Part shown: positions 53,048 to 62,517 of the stretch, in pieces
Layout: each line of letters begins with the position of its first letter
Position numbering within the stretch: position 1 is the stretch's first letter
Assembly (NCBI GenBank): GCA_019658995.1
Contig: JAIFWN010000005.1
Span: 22,588 to 86,587, forward strand
Source of the DNA: Candidatus Parcubacteria bacterium
GTDB taxonomy: Bacteria; Patescibacteriota; Minisyncoccia; Phycocordibacterales; Zambryskibacteraceae
Direction: 5' to 3'
Length of the DNA stretch: 64,000 nt
Notes under the pieces: generated by a model
Database searches by the model: none
What the model was told of the DNA's origin: nothing
The model's input: the letters and a program-made list of their open reading frames with translations, nothing else
Program-made: the position numbers and the translations under genes

Positions 53048-54133
53048 TTACGGGTAAGTTATATGCATGCTTTCCGGAATGGTATTTGAAACACACTGGA
53101 ACTCGTTTTTGTAGGCGCTCAGGTTTGCATCACTCTGAAGTTCCGTCCGCCTCGCGCCGCAAACGTTATAGACGAAGTGGGTATTGTTGGTTGTTCCATT
53201 TTTCCCGAATACGCTTTCGGCCGCTATCAGCAGCTCTTTGATATATGCTTTTAAAGCCGAAGTCAGAGCCACATCGACGCAAGTCCCGGCTTTGTCTCCT
53301 GGTTTATAACAAAGGTAGCGGTTGTAATACTGGCTGGTGGCCTGATCTTGCGGATAAGCCACTGTCACTCTCCAATCTATATTTTTCTGCCGCAATTTAT
53401 CGTTCATTAGCGACAATTTATTATACAGATCCGTACTTGCATAACAGCGAGGATTAGAGCAGGCACCCGACTCGTTAACCGGTACGACCCGGGGGTCTAT
53501 GACTTCGCAATCATTCTTGCATCCTAGAGCTTCGGGTGTGCTTGGAGCGATAATGCCATCCGGATTAATGTCCTTGCCGGACTTTTGGTTCGGCAACTGT
53601 AAGTTTATATTTACGAGTTTCGGGTTAAGGGTGTAGAGAATGGCGTAGGCGCTGATAGCCAGAAGAAGTCCGAGAAGGGCGTTCGTTATGGTCTCTCTTG
53701 CCTGGCCCTTGCTTGAGAAGCTGTCAGTGCCTATGTACTGGATACCGCCAATAATGATGCGGATAACAGCCAGACCTCCGGCTACGCCGATGACAAACTT
53801 GATCAGTCCCGGGAGAAAAGTATCCAGGTTTGTCTTACCGCCGCTGACCAACTGCTGTATGGGAGCAAGCGGGGTGTAATCGGACTGTGCGAAAACAAGA
53901 ACAGGTACAAGCAGGATCGAGAGCGGGAGGATATATTTGAACGATAGCCAGAGTTTTTTCATCATATTCCTGGCTGGTTGCCAAATTCTATTAGGAAACT
54001 TTTTTCCAGTGGCGGTATAAGTACCCGGGTATTTGTTACCCGAAGCGTTATGGCGGAAGTGCCCGAGGAATTTTCGGGTACTCTGTAAGTGACTTTGTTG
54101 CCGGTTCGTGCATCGCCGGCACTGGTATTCCAT
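53048..54133 (-). CDS. VirB2/TrbC-like pilin core fused to a Cys-rich C-terminal domain
   Basis: Likely start is MMKKLWLSFKYILPLSILLVPVLVFAQS at 53965 (signal peptide). Then two hydrophobic helices separated by a short loop (FLPGLIKFVIGVAGGLAVIRIIIGGIQYIG...ITNALLGLLLAISAYAILYTLNP), the T4SS-pilin topology. Then a 200 aa domain with 8 Cys. Confidence 0.45.
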   Translation of the reverse strand: MEYQCRRCTNRQQSHLQSTRKFLGHFRHNASGNKYPGTYTATGKKFPNRIWQPARNMMKKLWLSFKYILPLSILLVPVLVFAQSDYTPLAPIQQLVSGGKTNLDTFLPGLIKFVIGVAGGLAVIRIIIGGIQYIGTDSFSSKGQARETITNALLGLLLAISAYAILYTLNPKLVNINLQLPNQKSGKDINPDGIIAPSTPEALGCKNDCEVIDPRVVPVNESGACSNPRCYASTDLYNKLSLMNDKLRQKNIDWRVTVAYPQDQATSQYYNRYLCYKPGDKAGTCVDVALTSALKAYIKELLIAAESVFGKNGTTNNTHFVYNVCGARRTELQSDANLSAYKNEFQCVSNTIPESMHITYP

Positions 54134-54687
54134 GCATAAACCAGAGCCGGAACATTTCTTGATGTTACAGGAGCATATAACGGCAAAGCGGCAAAAGAGA
54201 CCTCCTGTTCTTCCAGGGCGAATGTCGCGCCAATTGTTTTGTTGAGGAGTAGGCCGTAGAGAGGATTATCTTCTACTACCAGCAAAAAAGCTGATATCGG
54301 ACTGAGGGTTACGCTTGAACTGCCGAGAACTTTGCCTTCTTCTCCGTCCCGCAAGTCCACTTTGATTTCTACGGGAAGCGATAGGATCGTATCGGAGATA
54401 GTCAGAGATCGTTTGTTAAATCCCGAAAGGCTGCCAAGAACTGTGCCGTTTTTGCTCCAGCGGTAATAAAGAGAAGCGGGGTCGGTATTAGGAAGGTTCG
54501 GTATGGCCGTAAAGACAATACGAGCCTGAGTGCCCCATAGCGCGCGGCCTTTATAGAAGGGCGGAGTATAAGTTTCCCCCTGCCAGAGAAGGTCTACTTC
54601 CCCGGCGGCATGGAGCGAGAATAGCGGAAGCAGAAGCAGGGAGAGTATAGGAAGAGCGATTCTTCTCATTCCTCTATTATATATCAA
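53962..54687 (-). CDS. secreted hypothetical protein (signal peptide)
   Basis: MRRIALPILSLLLLPLFSLHAAGE signal peptide, then beta-rich sequence. Part of the T4SS-like block. Confidence 0.4.
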   Translation of the reverse strand: MIYNRGMRRIALPILSLLLLPLFSLHAAGEVDLLWQGETYTPPFYKGRALWGTQARIVFTAIPNLPNTDPASLYYRWSKNGTVLGSLSGFNKRSLTISDTILSLPVEIKVDLRDGEEGKVLGSSSVTLSPISAFLLVVEDNPLYGLLLNKTIGATFALEEQEVSFAALPLYAPVTSRNVPALVYAWNTSAGDARTGNKVTYRVPENSSGTSAITLRVTNTRVLIPPLEKSFLIEFGNQPGI

Positions 54688-55006
54688 GCTTTTTCTTTAT
54701 TTTCGCATCCAGAGCTACTAGCGACACGGCCAGAGTCCAAGCCGGCAGCGTGTTGATCATGGGGATCATTTCAAGAATAAATCCGCCGCCCATGATGCCA
54801 ATCCGTTTGGCTGAAGTGAACTTGATGCCATGAAGTCGAAACCACAGCCAGAATGTCAGAAGGGCTACTGGGGAAACAAGCCATCCCATCAAAAGGAAAT
54901 TGAGCATACCCTGAAGCGCGTCAAAGAAGAGCGCCACTGATATCATGAGGGCAATAGTCTGATTACCGAGCTCCGGCCGAAGCTTAGGATGTTGTTGCGG
55001 GGGCAT
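54677..55006 (-). CDS. small 3-TM membrane protein (T4SS-associated)
   Basis: 109 aa, hydrophobic. Translationally coupled between the VirB4 gene and the secreted protein. Confidence 0.35.
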   Translation of the reverse strand: MPPQQHPKLRPELGNQTIALMISVALFFDALQGMLNFLLMGWLVSPVALLTFWLWFRLHGIKFTSAKRIGIMGGGFILEMIPMINTLPAWTLAVSLVALDAKIKKKLDI

Positions 55007-56897
55007 TTATGCTTGGTTCTCTCTCCTCTTCCAATTCTCTTCTGGCTTTCTTGAGTGCCAGGACCTGTGACGGATCTGAGGTAATGATCTGATCCTCGGT
55101 ATAACTGGCAATGACTTTGATGGCTACGTGCTTGAGACCGGCAAAGAAGATGCCTTCGCCGACGTCGCTCTCGAGGAGTAGATATTTTTCCTCATCAGTC
55201 AGGTTGAAAGTTTTCTGTAGATTATCGATGTTGGTCGGTGACTGTTTCAGAAGCACCTGTATCGAGGAGTTGGTAATTATAGGCAGGCCATAAGGCGACT
55301 TCAGGAAGTCTCCGACATCCTGAGTAATGGTGGCCACGCCAAGATAATACTTCCTTCCGCGTTTGACGAGACCCGTCAGGAAAGAGGCCGTGTCTTCGGA
55401 CTTCATCATCCACCAGGCCTCGTCGATAACCAGAAGGCGCTTCTTGAGCTCCCTTCGTACGGCGTTCCATATGAAGTGAGTGACGATATACATGGCGATC
55501 GGCTTCAGCTCGTCCTCCATGTCGCGTAGCGAGAAGACTACCAGCTTTTTGTTGATATCGACATTGGTCGGTCTGTTGATGAAGCCGGCCCAGGTACCCT
55601 TGGTGTACTTCGTAAGCCTCTGGGCAAGGGACTCTCCCCCTTCTAGACCCGAGAGCACCAGTTCAAAGTCACTCATGAGAGGCGGCTCGACGTTCCGGAA
55701 GTCGGAGTCGGCCGTAATGTCTTTGAGTGCGTAAGTCTCGGTGATGGCCCGGTCTATGAGAGCATCCTCTTCGGCTGTTAAGCCCCCCATCATGATTCGG
55801 AAAAGCCCTACCAGATTGATGATGTTGCTGCGCAATATATTTGCCGACGATTCGTCCGCCGTGGGGATAGGAAGGTCGAAGGGGTTAATATGGTGCTCGG
55901 AGTTGAGGGAGATATTGAAATACCTGCCGCCAACAGCCTCGGCCATGTACTCATACTCCTTTTCCGGATCGATGATCATCACATCTGTATCGAACATCAG
56001 GGTTCGGAGGATCTCGAGTTTGGTGAAGTAAGATTTGCCTGCGCCGGACTTGGCAAAGATGACGGAGTTATAGTTCTCGAGGGAGAACCGGTCGAAGAGT
56101 ATAAGGGAAGAGTTGGGCCTGTTGATGCCGTAAAGAATTCCTTTATCCGAAGTGAGATCGAAAGAAGTGAACGGGAAGAGCGAGGAGAGCGGCGAGGAAT
56201 TGAGCTTAGAGTGTACAGAGAGCAGATCGTCGCCCAAAGGCAGAGTCGACTTATATCCCTGCTCCTGCTGAAAGAGGGCCGGTTTGACGTAAACGAGCTT
56301 GGCTTCGAGAATACCCTTGATCTCGTTTTCAATTTTATCGAGCTCGAGTTCGGAGTCGGCGTATATAGTGATGTAGAGCCCGACATCGAAAAGTTTTTCC
56401 TGTGCCTGCTGGAGCTGGTCTCTGAGGTTCTCTAGGTCCTGATAGGCCACATCGAGAACCGGATCGCGCACCAAGCCTTTCTCTTCCCTCGAATGTATCT
56501 GGCTTTCAACCTCGGCCACTTTCTTTTGAAACTGGCGCAAAATTTTCGACGTCTCTATGGGATGGATGAAGATCGATACGTCAAAGACTTTGTCCATGTT
56601 CAGAATCGGAGAGAACCACTCTTCGGAAAGGAAGCGCGGATACGAGATGACAAAGAAGCTCCGAAGAATTTTCTCCCCGAGGTCCAGTTCGCGGGGGGTA
56701 ACTTTCAGGGCTGAAGGCGCAATGATATCTCGGAGCTCGAGGACACCCGCCTCAAAAACTTCCTGAGGAAGTATGGACTGGATGTCCGGCCTCTTCTCTT
56801 CCCTCTTTCCTATCAGTGTGTCTAAGAATCCCATATTATTTTTTGACAAGCGCCTTCTCCGTCTCGCCTGGATTGAACGCCTTGTAGAAAAGCTCAA
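54984..56897 (-). CDS. virB4: VirB4/TrbE/CagE-family type IV secretion ATPase, C-terminal ~635 aa
   Basis: Walker A IFAKSGAGKSYFT, Walker B region LLVIDEAWWMMKSE (the DEAW signature of VirB4), and C-terminal GVATITQDVGDF. The probable true start is the ATG at 56834 (MGFLDTLIGK), 1 nt after the stop of the upstream ORF. Confidence 0.8.
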   Translation of the reverse strand: MSFSTRRSIQARRRRRLSKNNMGFLDTLIGKREEKRPDIQSILPQEVFEAGVLELRDIIAPSALKVTPRELDLGEKILRSFFVISYPRFLSEEWFSPILNMDKVFDVSIFIHPIETSKILRQFQKKVAEVESQIHSREEKGLVRDPVLDVAYQDLENLRDQLQQAQEKLFDVGLYITIYADSELELDKIENEIKGILEAKLVYVKPALFQQEQGYKSTLPLGDDLLSVHSKLNSSPLSSLFPFTSFDLTSDKGILYGINRPNSSLILFDRFSLENYNSVIFAKSGAGKSYFTKLEILRTLMFDTDVMIIDPEKEYEYMAEAVGGRYFNISLNSEHHINPFDLPIPTADESSANILRSNIINLVGLFRIMMGGLTAEEDALIDRAITETYALKDITADSDFRNVEPPLMSDFELVLSGLEGGESLAQRLTKYTKGTWAGFINRPTNVDINKKLVVFSLRDMEDELKPIAMYIVTHFIWNAVRRELKKRLLVIDEAWWMMKSEDTASFLTGLVKRGRKYYLGVATITQDVGDFLKSPYGLPIITNSSIQVLLKQSPTNIDNLQKTFNLTDEEKYLLLESDVGEGIFFAGLKHVAIKVIASYTEDQIITSDPSQVLALKKARRELEEEREPSINAPATTS

Positions 56898-57477
56898 TCA
56901 CTTCGTCGGTACCGAGACGTGCGATGCGGATACCGCTCCTCACCAGTCCCTGTTCGACCACGGCCAGGCGTTCCTCAAGCTGGGTACGAGATTCCTCAAA
57001 ATCCGATTCTTTGGCCTCGGCTTTACTCTTGGGTGTAGTTCTCCCGATGAAGGAAGTTATGGCGCTTGTTTTGTCTCCGCCTATGGTGGCCGGAGCATAC
57101 GGCACGACAATGAAAAAGTTTTTCGTCATTATGTTAGTAGACTCGGTGAAGCTCCTGACGAAGTCTATATATTCTTTAGTCTGCACTTTCATCAGGCTGT
57201 TGGTTTGGAGCTTGCCCTGTTCTTCAAGCAAGGCCAGGTAAGGACGAATATCAAGCTTTCGAGACTGGACGACTATCTGAACGGAAAAATCCAAGGAATT
57301 CAGGAAATCCTGAAACTGAAGAAGAATGGCGTTCTTTTCGTCCTCTGATTTGAGCGAGAAGTTCAGTGACGAAGCCAGAAGAATCGCGCGCATGCCGCCA
57401 TCCTTCTCTATAATGATGCCGTCGCGGACTTCTTTAATTGGAACGAACGACTGCGTTGGAGCGGCGCTTACTGCCAT
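56836..57477 (-). CDS. VirB4 N-terminal-domain-like ORF (213 aa), probably the 5' part of virB4, separated by a frameshift at an A6 tract
   Basis: FVPIKEVRDGIIIEKDGGMRAILLASSLNFSLKSEDEKNAILLQFQDFLNSL resembles the VirB4 N-terminal region (dGs..a.l.l.g.....s.ee). The ORF ends ...LVKK-TAA at the A6 run (56839-56844), immediately followed by the downstream ATG. Confidence 0.55.
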   Translation of the reverse strand: MAVSAAPTQSFVPIKEVRDGIIIEKDGGMRAILLASSLNFSLKSEDEKNAILLQFQDFLNSLDFSVQIVVQSRKLDIRPYLALLEEQGKLQTNSLMKVQTKEYIDFVRSFTESTNIMTKNFFIVVPYAPATIGGDKTSAITSFIGRTTPKSKAEAKESDFEESRTQLEERLAVVEQGLVRSGIRIARLGTDEVIELFYKAFNPGETEKALVKK

Positions 57478-57495
57478 GTCTATATTATAGCGTAA

Positions 57496-57924
57496 CTATT
57501 TTCTTTCTTCCGTAACGGGATTGTTCTGCTGTTTGACGTCGAGCTGGAAAGTCAGGTCTTTCAGCTTACTCCCGGAGAGTTTCGGCACGTAGACCTGCTC
57601 CAGCGGCTTATCACCGGAGATCAGGGGGCCTTCGGGCTTTTTGTTGTCTGTCTTTTTCCAGATATAGAGCTTGCTTCCGGTGTGAAATTTGAAGAAATCC
57701 TCCACGAGGAGGGCGAACGGTCTGTCATTGACCTTGTAAAATGCCAGGCCTGCGGCGAGCATGGCTACCGGTATGGCAATGAGAAATGCCAGGAACTTGG
57801 GCAGAAACGTGAAGAGTACTGCTACTATTCCTCCCCCGCCCGCAACGTATATGAATTGTTTGAAGGTCAGAGGCCCGAAGATCTTGTCCTCGACCTCAAT
57901 GAATTGAGGAACTTGGAATCGCAT
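57496..57924 (-). CDS. VirB3/PrgI-like small membrane protein
   Basis: 142 aa. MRFQVPQFIEVEDKIFGPLTFKQFIYVAGGGGIVAVLF...FLIAIPVAMLAAGLAF gives two TM helices directly upstream of virB4, as for VirB3. Confidence 0.35.
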   Translation of the reverse strand: MRFQVPQFIEVEDKIFGPLTFKQFIYVAGGGGIVAVLFTFLPKFLAFLIAIPVAMLAAGLAFYKVNDRPFALLVEDFFKFHTGSKLYIWKKTDNKKPEGPLISGDKPLEQVYVPKLSGSKLKDLTFQLDVKQQNNPVTEERK

Positions 57925-57938
57925 AAGACTATTTTAAC

Positions 57939-58565
57939 CTAATTTGTCGGTTCCCTATAGGGATCGACGCCGCCAGGATAGGCTGCGGGCTTGTGCCTCA
58001 TTACCTCTACCTCTTTCGGTTTCTCCGGCGCAGTTGGCAGATTAGGCGGCAGTAGATCAAGGGGCTTTCTCTCCGGAGCTGGTGGTGAAATAAGATTTAT
58101 AGACCTGGAAGGCGAGACTGGCGAATTATCCATGCTGTTAATCAGCTTCTCCCTACTTCCACTAATGTTAACGGGTGGTAACGGTGCCGTCTCCTTCAGT
58201 TTTACTTGGGTATACTCTTCTTGAGCCTCGAGTACGCCACTCGGAATATTAGAAAGTATCTTCTCACCCACCTCATCGGCGATCTTTTGAGCCACATCAG
58301 CTGTTACGCCGAGACGAGCCTCGATATTAGAAGTAAAATTTACTTTTTGTGTAACTCCGATAACTCTCATCATGATTTCATCGCCTAAGGAGTCTTTTTG
58401 CTCCCCGCCTAGATTATTGCTCCGAGCTATTTCGGAGACTTTCTCTATTATCTCTTCTGACTCAACCACCGATACGATTTCATCCGGCAGGGATCGGTAT
58501 ATCTCTTTAATAATTTCTTTGGGATATGTCATCAGAATATATTTAGACCTAAACCATTCAGCCAT
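57939..58565 (-). CDS. hypothetical cytoplasmic protein with a Pro-rich C-terminus (T4SS-associated)
   Basis: 208 aa, no TM. C-terminal PLPPVNISG...SPPAPERKPLDLLPPNLPTAPEKPKE. Confidence 0.35.
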   Translation of the reverse strand: MAEWFRSKYILMTYPKEIIKEIYRSLPDEIVSVVESEEIIEKVSEIARSNNLGGEQKDSLGDEIMMRVIGVTQKVNFTSNIEARLGVTADVAQKIADEVGEKILSNIPSGVLEAQEEYTQVKLKETAPLPPVNISGSREKLINSMDNSPVSPSRSINLISPPAPERKPLDLLPPNLPTAPEKPKEVEVMRHKPAAYPGGVDPYREPTN

Positions 58566-60652
58566 GTCGCAGCATCAATCACCGTTCTCGATGCTCCCGG
58601 GGCAGCCGCGGCGTTTATAATAGCTGTTCTTATAGCCCGGGCTTTAGTGTCGGTGAGTTCGTTTGTACGGCCAAGTTTGTTCAAGAACTTGGGGGTATAG
58701 AGTTCAAAGATACCCGGATCGGTTAGCTTAGCTTCGTCCATTTTAGCCACATCCGAGTAGCTCATCTTCCTTATCATTCCGATAGCTGTCTCATAACCGG
58801 TCGCGGGAGCCGCAACGCCCGGCATGGGTCCAGTGCCGGCCGCGAAGGCGTCGGCAAGGCGTTTTCCTCGTGCTGTTTTAATCTCTTGTACTTCAGTAGC
58901 AGAGAAGTTCGAACTCTTCTCAATCGCATCCATTTGCTTCTGGCTAAGTGCTTCGGCCACCTCCTGTATGGCAAGAGTCGTAGCTTTCTGTTCCTCGATC
59001 TCTTTCTCAGACATCTTTTTGATAATACCGACCATCGAGGCCACGGAGGCGTCCTGGGCCGGAGTGCGGGCGGTTGCGGCTGTTTTTGCGGCTTCGATGC
59101 CTTCATTAATTGCATTTTTATTCTGCGCCTTGCGGAGCTCTTCGGCACTTCCTTTATCGATGTCGCGCTCTTTCTTCTCCCTTATATCCTTGATCTCCTT
59201 GAAACCTTCCTTTCCTCCTTCACCAAGACCTGTTACTCCGGCCGCATATGCACCTATATTCGGCCTCGGTATCTTATCCAAATTAAATTTGCGTCCGATC
59301 TTCGTCTCCCCGAGTCCGAGATCGAGGGGTACCCTCATGTTTCTCGCATCGAAGCTGCCGCTAGCAGCCTTCTTGCTGGCAAATAGAGCCAAGCGCGAGG
59401 CGGCCCCTGTAAATCCAGGTTTATTCTTAGCCGCAGCAACCAGATTGGGGTTATTGGCCGCAGCACTCCCGCCCCTACCCAGAGTATTTCGCAATGCCCC
59501 CCCGACCACTCCGCCGAAGACGAAGTTTGAAGCACTCTTTGTAAGGTCATTGAATGCTGCGCCGCTCTTGCCCGCTACGCTCTTGGCGATTATCAGAGAA
59601 ATGATCAGGAAGGCGATGATGACGGCAAAATTTATGATTGTAGCCGCCATGTCGGGAGTGTAGGCGATACTCTGTACGCCGTTCGCAGTCTGAACGCTCC
59701 CGCCCAAGGCGCCGCTGAAGTCCTTGACCTTGTATACATCACTCAGTCCGTTTATAACTACCACTACCACCCAAGTGAGGAGGAAGTACACAGGAGCGAA
59801 GAATGCTTGCCCGAGGAGAGCCTCTCTCCATCGTGAGGCATAAGTCTTGAGTCCGGGAAGCACGTTTGATACGAAGTATATAGGCGAGAGTATAAGGACG
59901 AAGATGAGAACGACGTAACGGATGACGAGCATAATTGCGATTGCAAAGAAGACGAAGGCTGTAATGAGCATGACTATGGAGCCGAGTATGCCCATGACGG
60001 CGAAGTTCGAGAGGTTGCCGAGTCCGCCGGAGATTTTCCAGAGAGTGGTGATGCCCATGGGCTCGACGATGGCGTTCGAGAGTCCGCTTTTCAGAAGATC
60101 GGCGCCGGCATCAGGGGCGATGGCGTGATAGAAGGTCAGGGCCAGAAGGTTGGCAATGTCAATGACAAACTTTGTGAAGAAGAGCGAGAAGTTTATGAGT
60201 ATGGCGGCGATGATGATATTTACTATGAGACGCTGTGCGACTCCCTTGCCCTCCCCCATGATCATCTGGAGAGAAGCAAAAAGAAGGACGAAAATAAAAC
60301 CCATATTGGCCACGTCGCGTATCACCCCCCATGCAACATCTATGGCCGGAATATTGTGGAAGTTCTCGGCCATCAGAGTGATCGTATAGTGAATTACCCC
60401 GTTCAATATGACGCCACTCAGCATAGTCAGGAATCCCGTGAGCTGCAGGAGCAGAAGGACAAGCGGCGAAATCACCATTCCCATAATGTCAAACAAGCCT
60501 CCGAATATATTGCCGCTGACCGGGGAGGCGATTTGCGCCCCGCTAGTATTGTGGGTGAAATCTCCTACCGGAGCGCCTTGGGCAAGAGTGACAAGAGGTA
60601 CGGAAAATACCGCAATGAATATCAGTATTGAAATGTATTTGCGGTACTTCAT
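58532..60652 (-). CDS. VirB6/TrbL-like polytopic membrane protein with a hydrophilic C-terminal extension
   Basis: 706 aa. Signal peptide, ~8 TM helices over residues 50-380, then a 300 aa Ala/Lys/Glu-rich soluble tail. This is the architecture of VirB6 homologues. Confidence 0.55.
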   Translation of the reverse strand: MKYRKYISILIFIAVFSVPLVTLAQGAPVGDFTHNTSGAQIASPVSGNIFGGLFDIMGMVISPLVLLLLQLTGFLTMLSGVILNGVIHYTITLMAENFHNIPAIDVAWGVIRDVANMGFIFVLLFASLQMIMGEGKGVAQRLIVNIIIAAILINFSLFFTKFVIDIANLLALTFYHAIAPDAGADLLKSGLSNAIVEPMGITTLWKISGGLGNLSNFAVMGILGSIVMLITAFVFFAIAIMLVIRYVVLIFVLILSPIYFVSNVLPGLKTYASRWREALLGQAFFAPVYFLLTWVVVVVINGLSDVYKVKDFSGALGGSVQTANGVQSIAYTPDMAATIINFAVIIAFLIISLIIAKSVAGKSGAAFNDLTKSASNFVFGGVVGGALRNTLGRGGSAAANNPNLVAAAKNKPGFTGAASRLALFASKKAASGSFDARNMRVPLDLGLGETKIGRKFNLDKIPRPNIGAYAAGVTGLGEGGKEGFKEIKDIREKKERDIDKGSAEELRKAQNKNAINEGIEAAKTAATARTPAQDASVASMVGIIKKMSEKEIEEQKATTLAIQEVAEALSQKQMDAIEKSSNFSATEVQEIKTARGKRLADAFAAGTGPMPGVAAPATGYETAIGMIRKMSYSDVAKMDEAKLTDPGIFELYTPKFLNKLGRTNELTDTKARAIRTAIINAAAAPGASRTVIDAATWLNGLGLNIF

Positions 60653-62517
60653 GGACTAGTAACGTTCACGCTGTTAGAACAAGCCGCGGTTCTCTGAGTT
60701 CCTCCGCTCTGGGCTGTGACACTCATGGTCTTGGTACCTGCTGAGTTGTATGTAATAAGGAAGAGGGTGTTGGTGCCTGAAGACGAGCCGGAGACGTCGG
60801 TTCCCGACCAGCTGTATATAGTGCCTGTTGGGAATCCGCTGCTTACAAGCCAGGCGGCTGTCTGTCCAACTCTGGTATTCGGCGAAGGTGCCGAACAGGA
60901 GAGGTCTGTCTCCTGTTCCGGCGTGCTCGGGTTGGATGGGTTGGGTGAAGTAGGACTACCCACATCATCCGGTACCGGGATGGAGCTTATAGCATCGGTG
61001 TCGGGGTTACTGCATTGGCCAATGGCATTGGTGAAAGACTTTATGTACGCAAGCCTCTCTTTGTTGGCTTTGGTAGTTTGCTGGATAGTTATATTGTCGT
61101 TCGATGGCAGGCCGTCGTTTCTAATATCATCTGCCCTCACCAGGGATTCGATCATATTACCCAAGTGCTTAGAATAGAGAGCGAAATTATTGGCGACCTT
61201 GTCGAATTCCTGAACGTCGTATCTCGAGATGGCATTGATGAAACCTTCTACTACACTCTGAGCATCGGTGGTCTTGTTGAGCCAAGTCCTTGAGTAGTTC
61301 GGATCCCAACTCTGATTCCTGTCTAGGAATCCTTGGTAGATCTCGAGTCCGACAGAGGTTTCGCTTGAGGCCTCGCATAGACGGGAGAAGTAGGGAGAGT
61401 TAACGGCACCCTTAGATCCGATACAATTTGCATTGCTTGGCGGTTTGGTCGGATCCTTGAGACCGTGATGGCAGATATCGAGCTGTCTGTCGCCGTCATA
61501 ATCGTATCCGTCCGGCAGTTTGTCGCCGTCGATATCGATGACCTCGTTCTTGGAAACAGTCGAAGAGTTGTCACCGAAGAGACCCTTAGGTCCGAAGACG
61601 TATCTCTGGAGAAGGCCATTGGCAAAGGCACTAACCAGAGAATTTATATCATTAGCATTTATAAGCCCGGACAGTCCAGCACCAAGTGAGCTATTAAGCT
61701 GGGCTTGGATGACCGAACCGGGAGTCTTCACTGGTCCCTGCTCTATGCATTCTCCAGGTGCGGCTCTGAAGCCGAAGTTCGGGTACTTGGCCGTGAACTC
61801 AGCTTTCGACAAGTAGCCGTCTTGGAATTGTTTCCAATCTTCCTTAGGTACACTCGCTTCGCGTACCAGGCACTCTCTGTAACTTAGGAATCCATTATTA
61901 TTTTGAAGCTCATCCTTTTTCACCCCGATGGCGCTTGCAAGCTTGCGATCGATATCGTTGATGGCTCCAAGGTAAGAGCCATAGGGGTTGTTTCCATTTT
62001 CCTGGGTGACGTGGAACCAGGCATTCCAACCGCCTTCGTCGAAGCTTTCGTAGAAATTATCCAGGTTCACTCCTATCTGGTTTAAGGTACATCGAGGTAC
62101 GTACTGCTTGACGTAGGCTTCTCTTAAGGCAATCTTGATTTGGGCTTGGAATGGTGAACACAGAAAACCAAGCTCGCTACCAGCTATAGCATCACCTACG
62201 ATTCCATTTGCCAGGTTGCCAAAGTATTTGTCGGGATCCGTTACGAATGCAGGGTTGCCGTCGAAGCCGGTATTGGCCCATCTTATGGTTGATTGCACCA
62301 TGTCATCCACCATCTTCTTAGCCATGGTTTTACCGAGAGACTCGAGAATATATTTGACGATGGTCGGGATGGACTCGAGGTTTATGTCGCCGACACCAAA
62401 GATCGCTTCGGCCTTAGGAGCGAAGATGGGAAGGTAAGCCGCCGGGAACACAAGAGAAATCATCAAAATGAATGTTGCTGCCTGTCTTATTAATTTTTTG
62501 CCTGTTTTAGATTCCAT
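60649..62517 (-). CDS. large secreted Cys-rich protein with a C-terminal Ig/PKD-like segment
   Basis: 622 aa. Signal-anchor MISLVFPAAYLPIFAPKAEA, ~18 Cys, C-terminal Ser/Thr-rich beta segment. Confidence 0.45.
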   Translation of the reverse strand: MESKTGKKLIRQAATFILMISLVFPAAYLPIFAPKAEAIFGVGDINLESIPTIVKYILESLGKTMAKKMVDDMVQSTIRWANTGFDGNPAFVTDPDKYFGNLANGIVGDAIAGSELGFLCSPFQAQIKIALREAYVKQYVPRCTLNQIGVNLDNFYESFDEGGWNAWFHVTQENGNNPYGSYLGAINDIDRKLASAIGVKKDELQNNNGFLSYRECLVREASVPKEDWKQFQDGYLSKAEFTAKYPNFGFRAAPGECIEQGPVKTPGSVIQAQLNSSLGAGLSGLINANDINSLVSAFANGLLQRYVFGPKGLFGDNSSTVSKNEVIDIDGDKLPDGYDYDGDRQLDICHHGLKDPTKPPSNANCIGSKGAVNSPYFSRLCEASSETSVGLEIYQGFLDRNQSWDPNYSRTWLNKTTDAQSVVEGFINAISRYDVQEFDKVANNFALYSKHLGNMIESLVRADDIRNDGLPSNDNITIQQTTKANKERLAYIKSFTNAIGQCSNPDTDAISSIPVPDDVGSPTSPNPSNPSTPEQETDLSCSAPSPNTRVGQTAAWLVSSGFPTGTIYSWSGTDVSGSSSGTNTLFLITYNSAGTKTMSVTAQSGGTQRTAACSNSVNVTSP

